Assembly (NCBI GenBank): GCA_037441385.1
Contig: JBBISH010000069.1
Span: forward strand, 1-33,958
Direction: 5' to 3'
DNA from: Myxococcales bacterium
GTDB taxonomy: Bacteria > Myxococcota_A > UBA9042
Length of the DNA stretch: 33,958 nucleotides
Made by a program: the position numbers and the translations under genes
Notes under the pieces: generated by a model
Told to the model about the DNA's origin: nothing
What the model saw: the letters and a program-made list of their open reading frames with translations, nothing else
Databases searched by the model: none
Shown here: one piece after another, positions 8,849-17,764 of the stretch
Layout: every line of letters begins with the position of its first letter
How positions within the stretch are numbered: position 1 is the first letter of the stretch

Positions 8849-9463
8849 ATGAAAATTTGGCTGATTGTTGTGGCGGCGGTCACTGCGCTCGCCGGATGCT
8901 CCCGTCCTGCCCCGCCGCCAGCGGTGCAAGAGCAGTTGGACCAAGCGAAAGCACCGCAAGCCCCTGTCCCGTCAGCAGAAGCTGCACCGATCCTTGCCCC
9001 ACGGCGGGGCCGGCCACTGGCTCCGGTGCGGCGACTCGTCTGGATCGATGCCGCGGTGGGCGCAGATGTGGTCCGCGCGGTACGGGCTGAGCGGCGCCGC
9101 GCCGAGGCGGCCGGGCAGGCGTTGCTGGTCTATGTGGGGGCGACGTGGTGCGAGCCGTGCCGCTACTTCCACGAGGCGGCGGTGGCCGGCAAGCTAGACG
9201 AACCGCTGGGGAATCTGCGGATCCTCGCCTTTGACGCCGACCGCGACCGCGAGCAGCTGGAGCCGGCGGGCTACACGTCGAAGATGATTCCGTTGTTCGT
9301 CGTGCCGGATGCGGACGGTCGGGCTGGCAGCGAGCGCCTGGCTGGAGCCGTCAAGGGCCCAGAAGCAGTGGACTATTTGGTGCCGCGCCTGCGCACTCTG
9401 CTGTCGAACTTGGCCGCCGCACCGGCAGCACCCGCGGCCGCCGCGACCCCTGCGGCGCGATAA
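8849..9463 (+). CDS. Thioredoxin-fold lipoprotein
   Basis: Lipobox LAGC, YVGATWCEPC (CxxC) and the cis-Pro loop MIP. Confidence 0.8.
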   Translation: MKIWLIVVAAVTALAGCSRPAPPPAVQEQLDQAKAPQAPVPSAEAAPILAPRRGRPLAPVRRLVWIDAAVGADVVRAVRAERRRAEAAGQALLVYVGATWCEPCRYFHEAAVAGKLDEPLGNLRILAFDADRDREQLEPAGYTSKMIPLFVVPDADGRAGSERLAGAVKGPEAVDYLVPRLRTLLSNLAAAPAAPAAAATPAAR

Positions 9464-9687
9464 TTCGACGCAACCGGTCGCGAAGTTTCCTTTTCCCCAC
9501 AGGCACGTAGCCGCGGAATACTGGGAGCGAGCGCGGAGTTGATCTAGCGTTCGCCACCTTGACAAACCGCGTTCGTCATGTCACCGTTTGGTCACCGTCG
9601 CGTCGCGCCTTAGTCATACGAGTGGGATCAGGCGCCGAGGTCGGTCGGTGAAGTTGGTCCCTGCCTTGCGGTCAGACCGTCGTCCAC

Positions 9688-9731
9688 CCCTGCACCGCCC
9701 GCCCACGCGCCCTGCACCGCCCGCCCACGCG
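9688..9731. repeat. Perfect 22-bp tandem duplication in the leader of the ether-lipid operon
   Basis: CCCTGCACCGCCCGCCCACGCG at 9688-9709 and 9710-9731. Confidence 0.9.
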
Positions 9732-9779
9732 CCACGCCAAAGCCGCCCAGATTTCCCCTGCGCCAGCGAGTCCGCCTTC

Positions 9780-11684
9780 ATGAAAGCTGCAAACCTGATG
9801 GATACCGAGAAGTTGCTTGCCTCTGGCGCTCAAGTCATTCGCACGGCCAAAAAGCTCAAGAGCCGCCTGCAAGGCGCCACAGTGACCAGCCTGGGTACTG
9901 GCAACACGCGCTTTGTCCCGCCGCCGCCGCAGATCGGCGCGGACGAAGAGGAGTCGGATTCGACTTGGGGATTTTCGGACACCCGCTTCGAGGCGCGGCC
10001 GGACAGCACCGTGGTCTTGTCGGGGCGCCGCTACACGCTCTCGGGCGAGGTCTTGCCTACGCTGATGCCGTGGGTGCGCGGTGTGATGCAGTCGGATATT
10101 CGCGCCGACGACCGCAACCCGTGGTCGTTCCCGCCCGAGATCCCGGCGCCGGTGCGGCACGCGGCCTTTGAGCTGGCGCTGCGCGGCTCGTGGGCGGCGG
10201 ACCAGGTGACCGACGACGCGCGCGCCCGGCTGCGCCGCGGACACGGTCATACGCAAGAAGAGATGTACTCGATCAAGTACGGAAAGCTGACGCGCATCCC
10301 GGACTTGGTGGTGTTCCCGCAGAGCGACGAGCAGGTGCTGGAGCTGGTGCAGCTGGCCCAAAAGCACAATGTGGTGCTGATCCCTTACGGTGGCGGCACC
10401 AACGTGACCGACGCTCTGCGCTGCCCGGTGGCCGAGACGCGGACCATCGTGTCGGTCGACATGCGGCGGATGAACCGCATTTTGTGGATCGATCCGGTCA
10501 ACCGCATGGCCTGCATCCAGGCCGGCGCGGTGGGTCGCCACATCATGAAACAGCTGGCCGATCACGGCTATACCATGGGTCACGAGCCCGACAGCGTCGA
10601 GTTCAGCACCATGGGCGGCTGGGTAGCGACGCACGCCAGCGGCATGAAGAAGAACCGCTACGGCAACATCGAAGATCTGCTGCTGGACGTGACCGTGGTC
10701 ACCAACCAGGGCGTGCTGCAGCGGTCGCAGGCGGCGCCGCGCGAGTCGGTGGGCGTAGATCCGCGTTTGTGGATGCTGGGTTCCGAGGGCAATCTGGGCA
10801 TCATCACCCAGTGCGTGGTCAAGCTGTTCCCGCTGCCCGAGGTGCAGAAGTACGGCTCGGTGCTGTTCCCCGACTTCGAGTTGGGCTGCCAGTTCATGTA
10901 CGAGCTGGCCTGCGCGGGCGATTGGCCGGCCTCAGTACGGCTGATGGACAACCTGCAATTCCAGTTTGGTCAGGCGCTCAAGCCGGCCAGCAAGGGTTGG
11001 AAAGTCCACAAAAGCAAAGTGGAAAAGCTGTACGTCACCAAGCTGCAGGGTTTCGATCCCAACCAGATGACGGCGCTGACGCTGGTCTTTGAAGGCAGCA
11101 AGCGTGAGGTGGCGGCGCAAGAGGAGCTGGTCTACGGCTTGGCCAAGAAGTACCACGGTATGCCGGCGGGCGGCGAGAACGGCGAGCGCGGCTATCAGCT
11201 GACCTACGGCATCGCCTACATCCGTGACTTTGTGATGGATCACTGGGTCCTGGCCGAGAGCTTCGAGACGAGCGTCGCCTGGTCCGACCTGACCACCCTG
11301 GTCAAGAACGTCAAGCAGAAGCTGTACGACGAGCACAAGGCGCTGGGCCTGCCCGGCGTGCCCTTTGTGACGTGCCGTGTTACTCAGATCTACGACACGG
11401 GCGCCTGCGTCTACTTCTACTTCGCCTATTATTACAAGGGTGTAGAAAATCCGACTCAGGTTTACCACCACCTGGAGAACGCGGCGCGCGCCGAGATCAT
11501 GCGCTCGGGCGGTTCGCTTTCGCACCACCACGGGATCGGCAAGCTGCGCCAGCACTTCATGACCGACATCATGAGCCAGGCGGGCTTGGACATGCAGAAA
11601 GCCCTGAAGATCGCCGTGGATCCGCAGAACATCTTTGGCACGGGCAACCAGACCGCAGGCCGCCGCGCTGGCGACTACGCCTAG
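9780..11684 (+). CDS. agps: Alkyl-dihydroxyacetonephosphate synthase (AGPS/ADAS), FAD-linked oxidase family
   Basis: Motifs RGHGH, RIPDLVVFP, IPYGGGT, GHEPDSVEFSTMGGWVATHASGMKKNRYGNIEDL, GSEGNLG, ESFETS, CRVTQIYDTGACVYFYF and GGSLSHHHGIGKLR. Start at ATG 9780 or 9798. Confidence 0.95.
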   Translation: MKAANLMDTEKLLASGAQVIRTAKKLKSRLQGATVTSLGTGNTRFVPPPPQIGADEEESDSTWGFSDTRFEARPDSTVVLSGRRYTLSGEVLPTLMPWVRGVMQSDIRADDRNPWSFPPEIPAPVRHAAFELALRGSWAADQVTDDARARLRRGHGHTQEEMYSIKYGKLTRIPDLVVFPQSDEQVLELVQLAQKHNVVLIPYGGGTNVTDALRCPVAETRTIVSVDMRRMNRILWIDPVNRMACIQAGAVGRHIMKQLADHGYTMGHEPDSVEFSTMGGWVATHASGMKKNRYGNIEDLLLDVTVVTNQGVLQRSQAAPRESVGVDPRLWMLGSEGNLGIITQCVVKLFPLPEVQKYGSVLFPDFELGCQFMYELACAGDWPASVRLMDNLQFQFGQALKPASKGWKVHKSKVEKLYVTKLQGFDPNQMTALTLVFEGSKREVAAQEELVYGLAKKYHGMPAGGENGERGYQLTYGIAYIRDFVMDHWVLAESFETSVAWSDLTTLVKNVKQKLYDEHKALGLPGVPFVTCRVTQIYDTGACVYFYFAYYYKGVENPTQVYHHLENAARAEIMRSGGSLSHHHGIGKLRQHFMTDIMSQAGLDMQKALKIAVDPQNIFGTGNQTAGRRAGDYA

Positions 11685-11720
11685 CCGTGACCCCCGACCC
11701 AGCCAACGCCGCGAGGAACG

Positions 11721-14414
11721 ATGCGCCTTGTAAACCAGGAACATAACACCGTCTTTTTGACCGGCGCCACGGGATTCGTGGGCAAGGTGGTGCTGCACGA
11801 GCTGGTGCGGCGGCGGGCCGAGCTGGCGATCGACACCATCTACGTGCTCATCCGCGACAAGAAAGGCAAGGCGCCGCAACAGCGTTTTGAGGAGGAGATC
11901 GCCGCGTCGCGGGCCTTTGACCTGCTGCCGGCAGGCTGGGCCCGCAACGTGCGCGCGCTGGGTGGCGAGCTGACCCGCCGCGACTGTGGGCTCTCGCCGC
12001 ACGACGTGGAGCTGGTGCAGCGGAGCGTGACGCGGATCGTGCACTGTGCCGCCTCGGTGGAATTCGACCTGCCGATCGCCGACGCGGCGGCCGCCAATAT
12101 CACCAGTGCGCTCAACGTGTTGGAACTGGCCCGCGGTTGCCGGATGCTGCAGCGGATGGTGTCGGTGTCGACCGCCTACGTCACGCCATGGCGCAAAGAG
12201 GCGATTCACGAGGCGCTGGTGCCGCTGCCGCGCTCGGCGGCCTCGATTTACGAGTCGATCTTGGCGGGAACGGCGGACGAGAAGGCGCTGCTGGCCGAGA
12301 CAGGCCACCCCAACACCTATACGTTCACCAAGTGCGTGGTGGAGCACCTGCTGATGGAGCGGCGCGGCGACGTGCCGCTGTCGATCGTGCGGCCGTCGAT
12401 CGTCGCGGCGTCGTGGCGGCAGCCGTTCCCCGGCTGGATCGACTCGCCGGCCGCCTTTGCTGGCTTTGCGCTGATGATCGGTATGGGCCACATGAAGGCG
12501 CTGATTGGTGACCGCGCCAGCCGGCTGGACATCGTGCCGGTGGACGTCGTCAGCGACCGCGTGATTGACGCAGGATTCAGCCACGAGCGGACGGCCCTGC
12601 CCGGAATTCGCTACGCGGTGGCCGGCTTACAGCACTCGTGCCGCATCGACACCTGCGCTGAGATCATTGCGCGCTTCTACCGCAGCCACCCGATCGACAA
12701 GACCCCGGGGCTGCACTACATCGGGCCGAACACCAATACCTTCAAGGTGCTGGACGCACGCCACCACCAGGTCCCGACCAAGCTGGCGGCTACGGTGGCG
12801 GCCCTGGTGGGCAACAAGAAGCTGCAGAAGAACGCCAAGCGGCTGGCCGACAAGATCGCCTACTTGAACGACCAGTTCCCGTATTTTACCAGTAAGACCT
12901 TTGACTTCCGGGCCACGCAGCCGCTGGAAGATCCACTGTTCCGCCGTGAAGAGTACCTGGAGTTGGTCTGCCGCGGGGTGTACCGCTACCTGCTCCGGCG
13001 CGACGACAGCGAGATGTCGCTGGCCGGTCGCCAGCACAAAGACAGCGCGCTCAGTGACTTGCAATGGGCTGCGCGTCAGCCGGCGGGCAACTGGGCGATC
13101 CGCTCGTTTGCGGTGGCCGTGCGCAAGGCGCTGCGGCAGGCCACGACCAGCGTGACGTTTGACCGCGCCAGCTTTTCGCAGGCGGTGGATGGCGCGGCGC
13201 CGGGCAGTGTGATCGTCCTGATCCCCAGCCACCGCTCGTACATGGATTTCTTGCTGTGCTCGTACCTGTTCTTTGCGCGGCCTGATCTGGGGATCGCGAT
13301 CCCGCACATTGCCGCCGCCGACGAGTTTTCGCGGATCCCGCTGCTGGGGCGCCTGTTCGTCAAGACCCAGGCGTTCTACCTGCGTCGTGGCGCGGGCCGC
13401 GATCCCGAGCTGGTGCGCCATGTTCACGGCCTGGTCGGCAAGCGCGAGACCATCCAGTTCTTCATCGAGGGGGCGCGGTCGCGGTCGCGGCAGTTCTTGT
13501 CGCCCAAGCACGGCCTGCTGCGTTGCCTGCAGGAAACGGGCGAGACCTTTACCCTTTTGCCGATTGCCCTGACCTACGACCGCGTGCCCGAAGAGGACTC
13601 GCTGGTGCGTGAGTTGAGCGGCGCCGCCAAACCCGAAATGCGCCTGGAAGCGCTGGTGCAGTGGGTGTGGAAGTTGGCGCAAGGCGGCGTGGATCTGGGG
13701 CGAATCCACATCACGTGCGGCGATCCGGTGGTGATGGCCCCCGATGCCGACCTGCGTGAGATCAGCCGCCACGTGGTGGCCGAGCTGCAGGCGCACACCG
13801 CCACGACGAGTTTCCACTTGCGCGCCTTCTTGCACCACGCCGACGTGCAAGGCATTGACTACGCTTGGTTGCGCGATGCCATCGAGCGCCGCGGCGGCAC
13901 GATCATCGAGAGTCCGCTGTCGGGCGAAGAGTACCTGGATCGGGTGGCCGAGATGTCGCTGCGCTACCAGTGGCAGCACCTTTTCTATCGCGAAGCAGCC
14001 AAGTTGTGGCCCAATCATCCAGCGTTGCTTCACCATATCGGTCAGAACGGCTACCATCAGCAGCAGTTTTGCGCCGACGGCGCGGAGCTGGACGATCCGC
14101 GGTTGCAGCGTTTGCTCAAGGCGCTCTTTGAGCCCGTGGCCCACGACTACGCCGCCACGGCCCAGGCCCTGGGTTCGGTGGAGTGGCCGCCGCGCCACGC
14201 CACCCCGCGCGGGGTGGGCTACGAACTGCCCGATGCCTACTTGCCCAATATTCAGGCCTGCTTTGATGATCTAAAGGCGCGCGCCATCCTGGCCACAGGC
14301 GGCGATGGCCGCACGGTTTGGGGCCCCAACGCGCACGAGATCGAGGCATACCGCGCGGACTGCGCGTGGTATCCTGCCGAGCCGCAACCGCGGAACCTGC
14401 GGGCCGCAAGCTGA
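11721..14414 (+). CDS. Bifunctional fatty acyl-CoA reductase / DHAP (glycerone-phosphate) acyltransferase fusion (FARAT-like)
   Basis: N-terminal FAR motifs: TGATGFVGK, HCAASVEF, VSTAYV, HPNTYTFTK and IVRPSIV..PFPGWID. C-terminal GNPAT/PlsB blocks: LIPSHRSYMDFLL, AFYLRR, FFIEGARSRS and PIALTYDRVPE. Confidence 0.92.
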   Translation: MRLVNQEHNTVFLTGATGFVGKVVLHELVRRRAELAIDTIYVLIRDKKGKAPQQRFEEEIAASRAFDLLPAGWARNVRALGGELTRRDCGLSPHDVELVQRSVTRIVHCAASVEFDLPIADAAAANITSALNVLELARGCRMLQRMVSVSTAYVTPWRKEAIHEALVPLPRSAASIYESILAGTADEKALLAETGHPNTYTFTKCVVEHLLMERRGDVPLSIVRPSIVAASWRQPFPGWIDSPAAFAGFALMIGMGHMKALIGDRASRLDIVPVDVVSDRVIDAGFSHERTALPGIRYAVAGLQHSCRIDTCAEIIARFYRSHPIDKTPGLHYIGPNTNTFKVLDARHHQVPTKLAATVAALVGNKKLQKNAKRLADKIAYLNDQFPYFTSKTFDFRATQPLEDPLFRREEYLELVCRGVYRYLLRRDDSEMSLAGRQHKDSALSDLQWAARQPAGNWAIRSFAVAVRKALRQATTSVTFDRASFSQAVDGAAPGSVIVLIPSHRSYMDFLLCSYLFFARPDLGIAIPHIAAADEFSRIPLLGRLFVKTQAFYLRRGAGRDPELVRHVHGLVGKRETIQFFIEGARSRSRQFLSPKHGLLRCLQETGETFTLLPIALTYDRVPEEDSLVRELSGAAKPEMRLEALVQWVWKLAQGGVDLGRIHITCGDPVVMAPDADLREISRHVVAELQAHTATTSFHLRAFLHHADVQGIDYAWLRDAIERRGGTIIESPLSGEEYLDRVAEMSLRYQWQHLFYREAAKLWPNHPALLHHIGQNGYHQQQFCADGAELDDPRLQRLLKALFEPVAHDYAATAQALGSVEWPPRHATPRGVGYELPDAYLPNIQACFDDLKARAILATGGDGRTVWGPNAHEIEAYRADCAWYPAEPQPRNLRAAS

Positions 14415-14421
14415 ATCGACG

Positions 14422-15456
14422 ATGAAAACGAGCAAGGTACTGCTGACCGGCGCCACCGGATTCTTGGGGCGCCACGTGATCGCCGCCCTGGCCGAGCGCG
14501 AAGCCAAGGTCCTGGCGCTGGTGCGTCGGCGATCCGAGTGGAATCGCCAGGATTGGACGGCCCCGTTCGCCGACGTGGAGTTGATCGAGGGCGGCGTGAC
14601 GGGGCCTGAGGGGTGGACGGGCGATCGGCGACTGGCCGGGGTTTCGGGCATCATCCACACGGCGGCCGTGGTGCGTCATAGCCGCAGAACCCCAGACGAT
14701 ATCTACGAAACCAACGTAGAGGGCACGCTGCGCATGGTGCGGCTGGCTGCCAAGTTGGGGGCGCGGCTGGTGTTCGTGTCCACCGCGGGGACGGTGGCGT
14801 GTTTTTCCAGCGCGGATCAGCGCGCGGACGAAGACGCGGACTACCTGGACCGAGTCGTGCGCGACTGGCCCTACTACGACAGCAAGGTCAAGGCCGAGCG
14901 AGCGGCGCGGGCCCTGGCAACCCAACTGGGGGTCGAACTGACCATCGTCCGGCCGCCGATCCTGCTGGGGCCTGGCGATCACCGTTTCCGTTCAACTGGT
15001 TACGTGCTCAAGTTCTTGCGCCGCAAGTTCCCCTTCGTCATCGAAGGCGGCATGAGCTTCATCGACGTGCGCGATGCGGCGCCGGCCATCGTGGCGGCCG
15101 TGAGCCATCCGGCGGCGCGCCCGGTCTACCACCTAGATGGCGCCAACGTGACGGTGCCCGAGTTCTTTGAGCTGTGCCGCCAGGTCAGCGGCGTGCCGGC
15201 GCCCAGCAAGGTCTTGCCCTACGCGACTGCGCATGCGCTTGCGGTAGCTGCCGAATCAGCTGCGCACCTGCTGGGCAAGCACTCGCCGCTGCCGGATCCC
15301 GTGGTGATCGAAATGGGGCACCACTACTGGGGGATCGCGTCGCGCTACAGCGGGCCCGAGCTGGGCTACCACCCGCGGCCGGGGCGGCAAACCCTAGCCG
15401 ATACCGTGGCTTGGCTGCGCGAGCATCACCCTCAGCTCAAAGCCGCCGCCAAGTAG
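14422..15456 (+). CDS. Extended SDR (NAD(P)-dependent epimerase/dehydratase family oxidoreductase)
   Basis: TGATGFLG, HTAA, NVEGT, VST and YYDSK (YxxxK). ATG lies 7 bp after the FARAT stop. Confidence 0.88.
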   Translation: MKTSKVLLTGATGFLGRHVIAALAEREAKVLALVRRRSEWNRQDWTAPFADVELIEGGVTGPEGWTGDRRLAGVSGIIHTAAVVRHSRRTPDDIYETNVEGTLRMVRLAAKLGARLVFVSTAGTVACFSSADQRADEDADYLDRVVRDWPYYDSKVKAERAARALATQLGVELTIVRPPILLGPGDHRFRSTGYVLKFLRRKFPFVIEGGMSFIDVRDAAPAIVAAVSHPAARPVYHLDGANVTVPEFFELCRQVSGVPAPSKVLPYATAHALAVAAESAAHLLGKHSPLPDPVVIEMGHHYWGIASRYSGPELGYHPRPGRQTLADTVAWLREHHPQLKAAAK

Positions 15457-15642
15457 CAGGCGACGACGCCGGTTGACTTTTTTGCCGAATTGCCGCTATC
15501 TAGTGCGCTCCGCGGGTTTGGCCCGCAGGCACCGCAGCGGCTGCGGCACCCCCTGCGCCACCCGCAAAGAACCACTCCGGAGCGGAGTTTCCGCAGCGGC
15601 GATCCCCATCTAGCACCCCCACCTCTGGCAAGGACGCAACCC

Positions 15643-16428
15643 ATGGCAGCTCAGCAGAACAAGAAGGCGCGCAAGGCCGAAATCGCCGAGATCGTGGCCC
15701 CTGACATCGTAGAAGAGGAGCTGTGGACCCTGTCGGCGTGGATGGAGAAGCATTGGAAGCCGGTCGCGGCGGGCATCGTTGGCATCTCGGCGATCTGGGG
15801 TGGCATCGGGATCTACCAGATCATCAGCGCTTCGTCCGAGCAGTCGCGCGCAGAGCAGACCGCCGCCGTGTTCGAGGCCGCGAGCGCGCCCGTGGTCCCG
15901 CCGTCGGACGATCCAGAGGCGCCCCCGCCGTCCAAAGACCGTTTGACCTACCCAAGCGACAAGGCGCGCGCTGACGCGGTGCTCGCAGCGGGCAAGGCCG
16001 AAGATCCCAAGGCCGCGGCCATGATTGGCGTGGTGGTCGGTGGCGCCAAGGCCGTGGCGGGCGATCGCGAGGCCCAGCTGAGGGCCATCCAGACGGCGCT
16101 GGACGGGGCGCGCGGCACGGCGCTGGAGTTGCCTCTGCACGAGCAGAAAGCCACGGCGCTGATGGCGCTGGGCAAGACTGCCGAGGCGGCTGCCGAGTGG
16201 ACCGAAGTCGCCAAGCTGGCCTCGACCGACTTTACCAAGGCGCTGGCCAAGGTGCGGCTGGGCGACGTGTACAGCCCTGCAACTGGCTCCAAGGCACCGG
16301 ACGTGGCCAAAGCCAAGGCCGCCTACGAAGAAGCCCTGAAGGCGGCGCGCCCAGGCGACAAGGATCCGCCGGCCGGCCCGCTGGCGATGTTGGCCGCCGA
16401 TGCGCGGGGCAAGCTGAGCCGCCTATAG
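15643..16428 (+). CDS. YfgM-like single-TM, TPR-like periplasmic protein
   Basis: Acidic N-terminus, WMEKHWK followed by one TM helix, and Ala-rich helical repeats with LAKVRLG. It sits directly upstream of a BamB-like gene, as in yfgM-bamB. Confidence 0.65.
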   Translation: MAAQQNKKARKAEIAEIVAPDIVEEELWTLSAWMEKHWKPVAAGIVGISAIWGGIGIYQIISASSEQSRAEQTAAVFEAASAPVVPPSDDPEAPPPSKDRLTYPSDKARADAVLAAGKAEDPKAAAMIGVVVGGAKAVAGDREAQLRAIQTALDGARGTALELPLHEQKATALMALGKTAEAAAEWTEVAKLASTDFTKALAKVRLGDVYSPATGSKAPDVAKAKAAYEEALKAARPGDKDPPAGPLAMLAADARGKLSRL

Positions 16429-16491
16429 CACGCCCCGGCTCCGACCCGGTGAGGTGCGACGATTTCTCGATCCGATTTTGGCGGACTTGGT

Positions 16492-17697
16492 ATGACTTCC
16501 TCTAGCCGGGACAAAATCGGCACAACGAATCGTGACTTGCCCCTCGTTCGACGGGTAGGGCTGTTGGTGTTGGCGCTGACGGCTGTTCTATGGCCGCTGG
16601 CTGCCGAAGCGGCCCACATCGACGTGCGCTGGCGGACGCCCGTGGGCGGCGACGGTATCCTGTACAAGCCGCGTGAGTTTGCCACGCCGCTGCTGTCCAA
16701 GGATGCGACCGTGGCGTGGCTGGGCAGCGTGGCGGGGGTCACGTCGCTGCGCGTGCAAGATGGCAAGAAGCTTTGGCACACGCCGACCAGCGAGGCCGTG
16801 GTCGGTCGTCCGGTCTTGGTGCAACTCCCCGGCGAGGTCAGCGCGACGCTGATTGCCGCGACGATGGCTGGCACGGTTTATGCGCTGGAAGCCGACACGG
16901 GCAAGCCGCGTTGGGCCCAGCCCAGTCGCTTGGAGCTGCCGGTGCGTTCGCCGCTCGCGGCCGACGAGCGTTTTGTGTTCGTGGTCGCCGATCCGGGCTC
17001 GCTGCTGGCTCTGGACCTGACCACGGGCAAGCCGAGCTGGCGCTGGTCGGTCACCGTGGACCGCGACTACTTGGTCGAGGGCCAAGGTGGAGCGCTGGTC
17101 TTTGGCGGTGCGGTATTTGTTGGCACGCCGACTGGCAAATTGGCGGCGCTCAACGCGCGCGACGGCGCCTTGCTGTGGGAAGCGACGCTGGAGCAGCGCG
17201 AGCGCTCGCAGTTTGGCGATGTGGACACCACGCCCCTGGCGATTCGCGGACCCAAGGGCGCGCCCTTGCTGCTCGCGGCGTCGCACAGTGGCGGGTTGTG
17301 CGCGGTTGCGCCCGCCGATGGCAATCTGGTGTGGCGCTACGAAGTGGAAGGCCTTGGGCAGCCCGTGCCGACGCCGATGGGCATTGCCGTGATCTCGGCC
17401 TTGGGCGAGGTGCACCTGGTCGGCCGCGACGGCAAGCAGCTAGCGGCGCGAAAACTGCCGACGACCGCCCAGGGAAACCTGAGTTGGTATGCCGATCTGC
17501 TGCTGGTTCCGACCGAAACGGGGCTGGACTTGCTGCGGCCGGCGGACCTGGTCACCCTGCATCACCTTGCGTCCGAGTATGGCACGTCGGCGGCGCCCGT
17601 CCCGGCGGGGCAGTTGGTGCTGATGCTCGGCAACGGCGGCGTAGCCTATGGTCTGGAAATTCGCCGCGATCTGGGCGTTGAGTCGGACCTCAATTGA
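16492..17697 (+). CDS. PQQ-like beta-propeller protein (BamB-like)
   Basis: Signal peptide and repeated AL.A.(T/D)G...W blades (ALEADTGKPRW, ALDLTTGKPSW, ALNARDGALLW), plus DVDTTP. Confidence 0.8.
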   Translation: MTSSSRDKIGTTNRDLPLVRRVGLLVLALTAVLWPLAAEAAHIDVRWRTPVGGDGILYKPREFATPLLSKDATVAWLGSVAGVTSLRVQDGKKLWHTPTSEAVVGRPVLVQLPGEVSATLIAATMAGTVYALEADTGKPRWAQPSRLELPVRSPLAADERFVFVVADPGSLLALDLTTGKPSWRWSVTVDRDYLVEGQGGALVFGGAVFVGTPTGKLAALNARDGALLWEATLEQRERSQFGDVDTTPLAIRGPKGAPLLLAASHSGGLCAVAPADGNLVWRYEVEGLGQPVPTPMGIAVISALGEVHLVGRDGKQLAARKLPTTAQGNLSWYADLLLVPTETGLDLLRPADLVTLHHLASEYGTSAAPVPAGQLVLMLGNGGVAYGLEIRRDLGVESDLN

Positions 17698-17764
17698 CTT
17701 CTGCCAACCGGGCTGTGACCCGAGCCGACGGGTGCACAGCGCGGCTCGCGGGCGGGGATGGACG

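Noticed and set aside
9588..9779. N-terminal extension of AGPS as a eukaryote-like targeting peptide
   Set aside because: It begins at TTG, is low-complexity Pro/Arg, crosses a 22-bp non-triplet repeat and has no clear PTS2 motif. It is more likely untranslated leader.
16417..16428. C-terminal SRL (PTS1-like) on the YfgM-like protein
   Set aside because: Coincidental in a bacterial membrane protein; AGPS and FARAT themselves lack PTS1.
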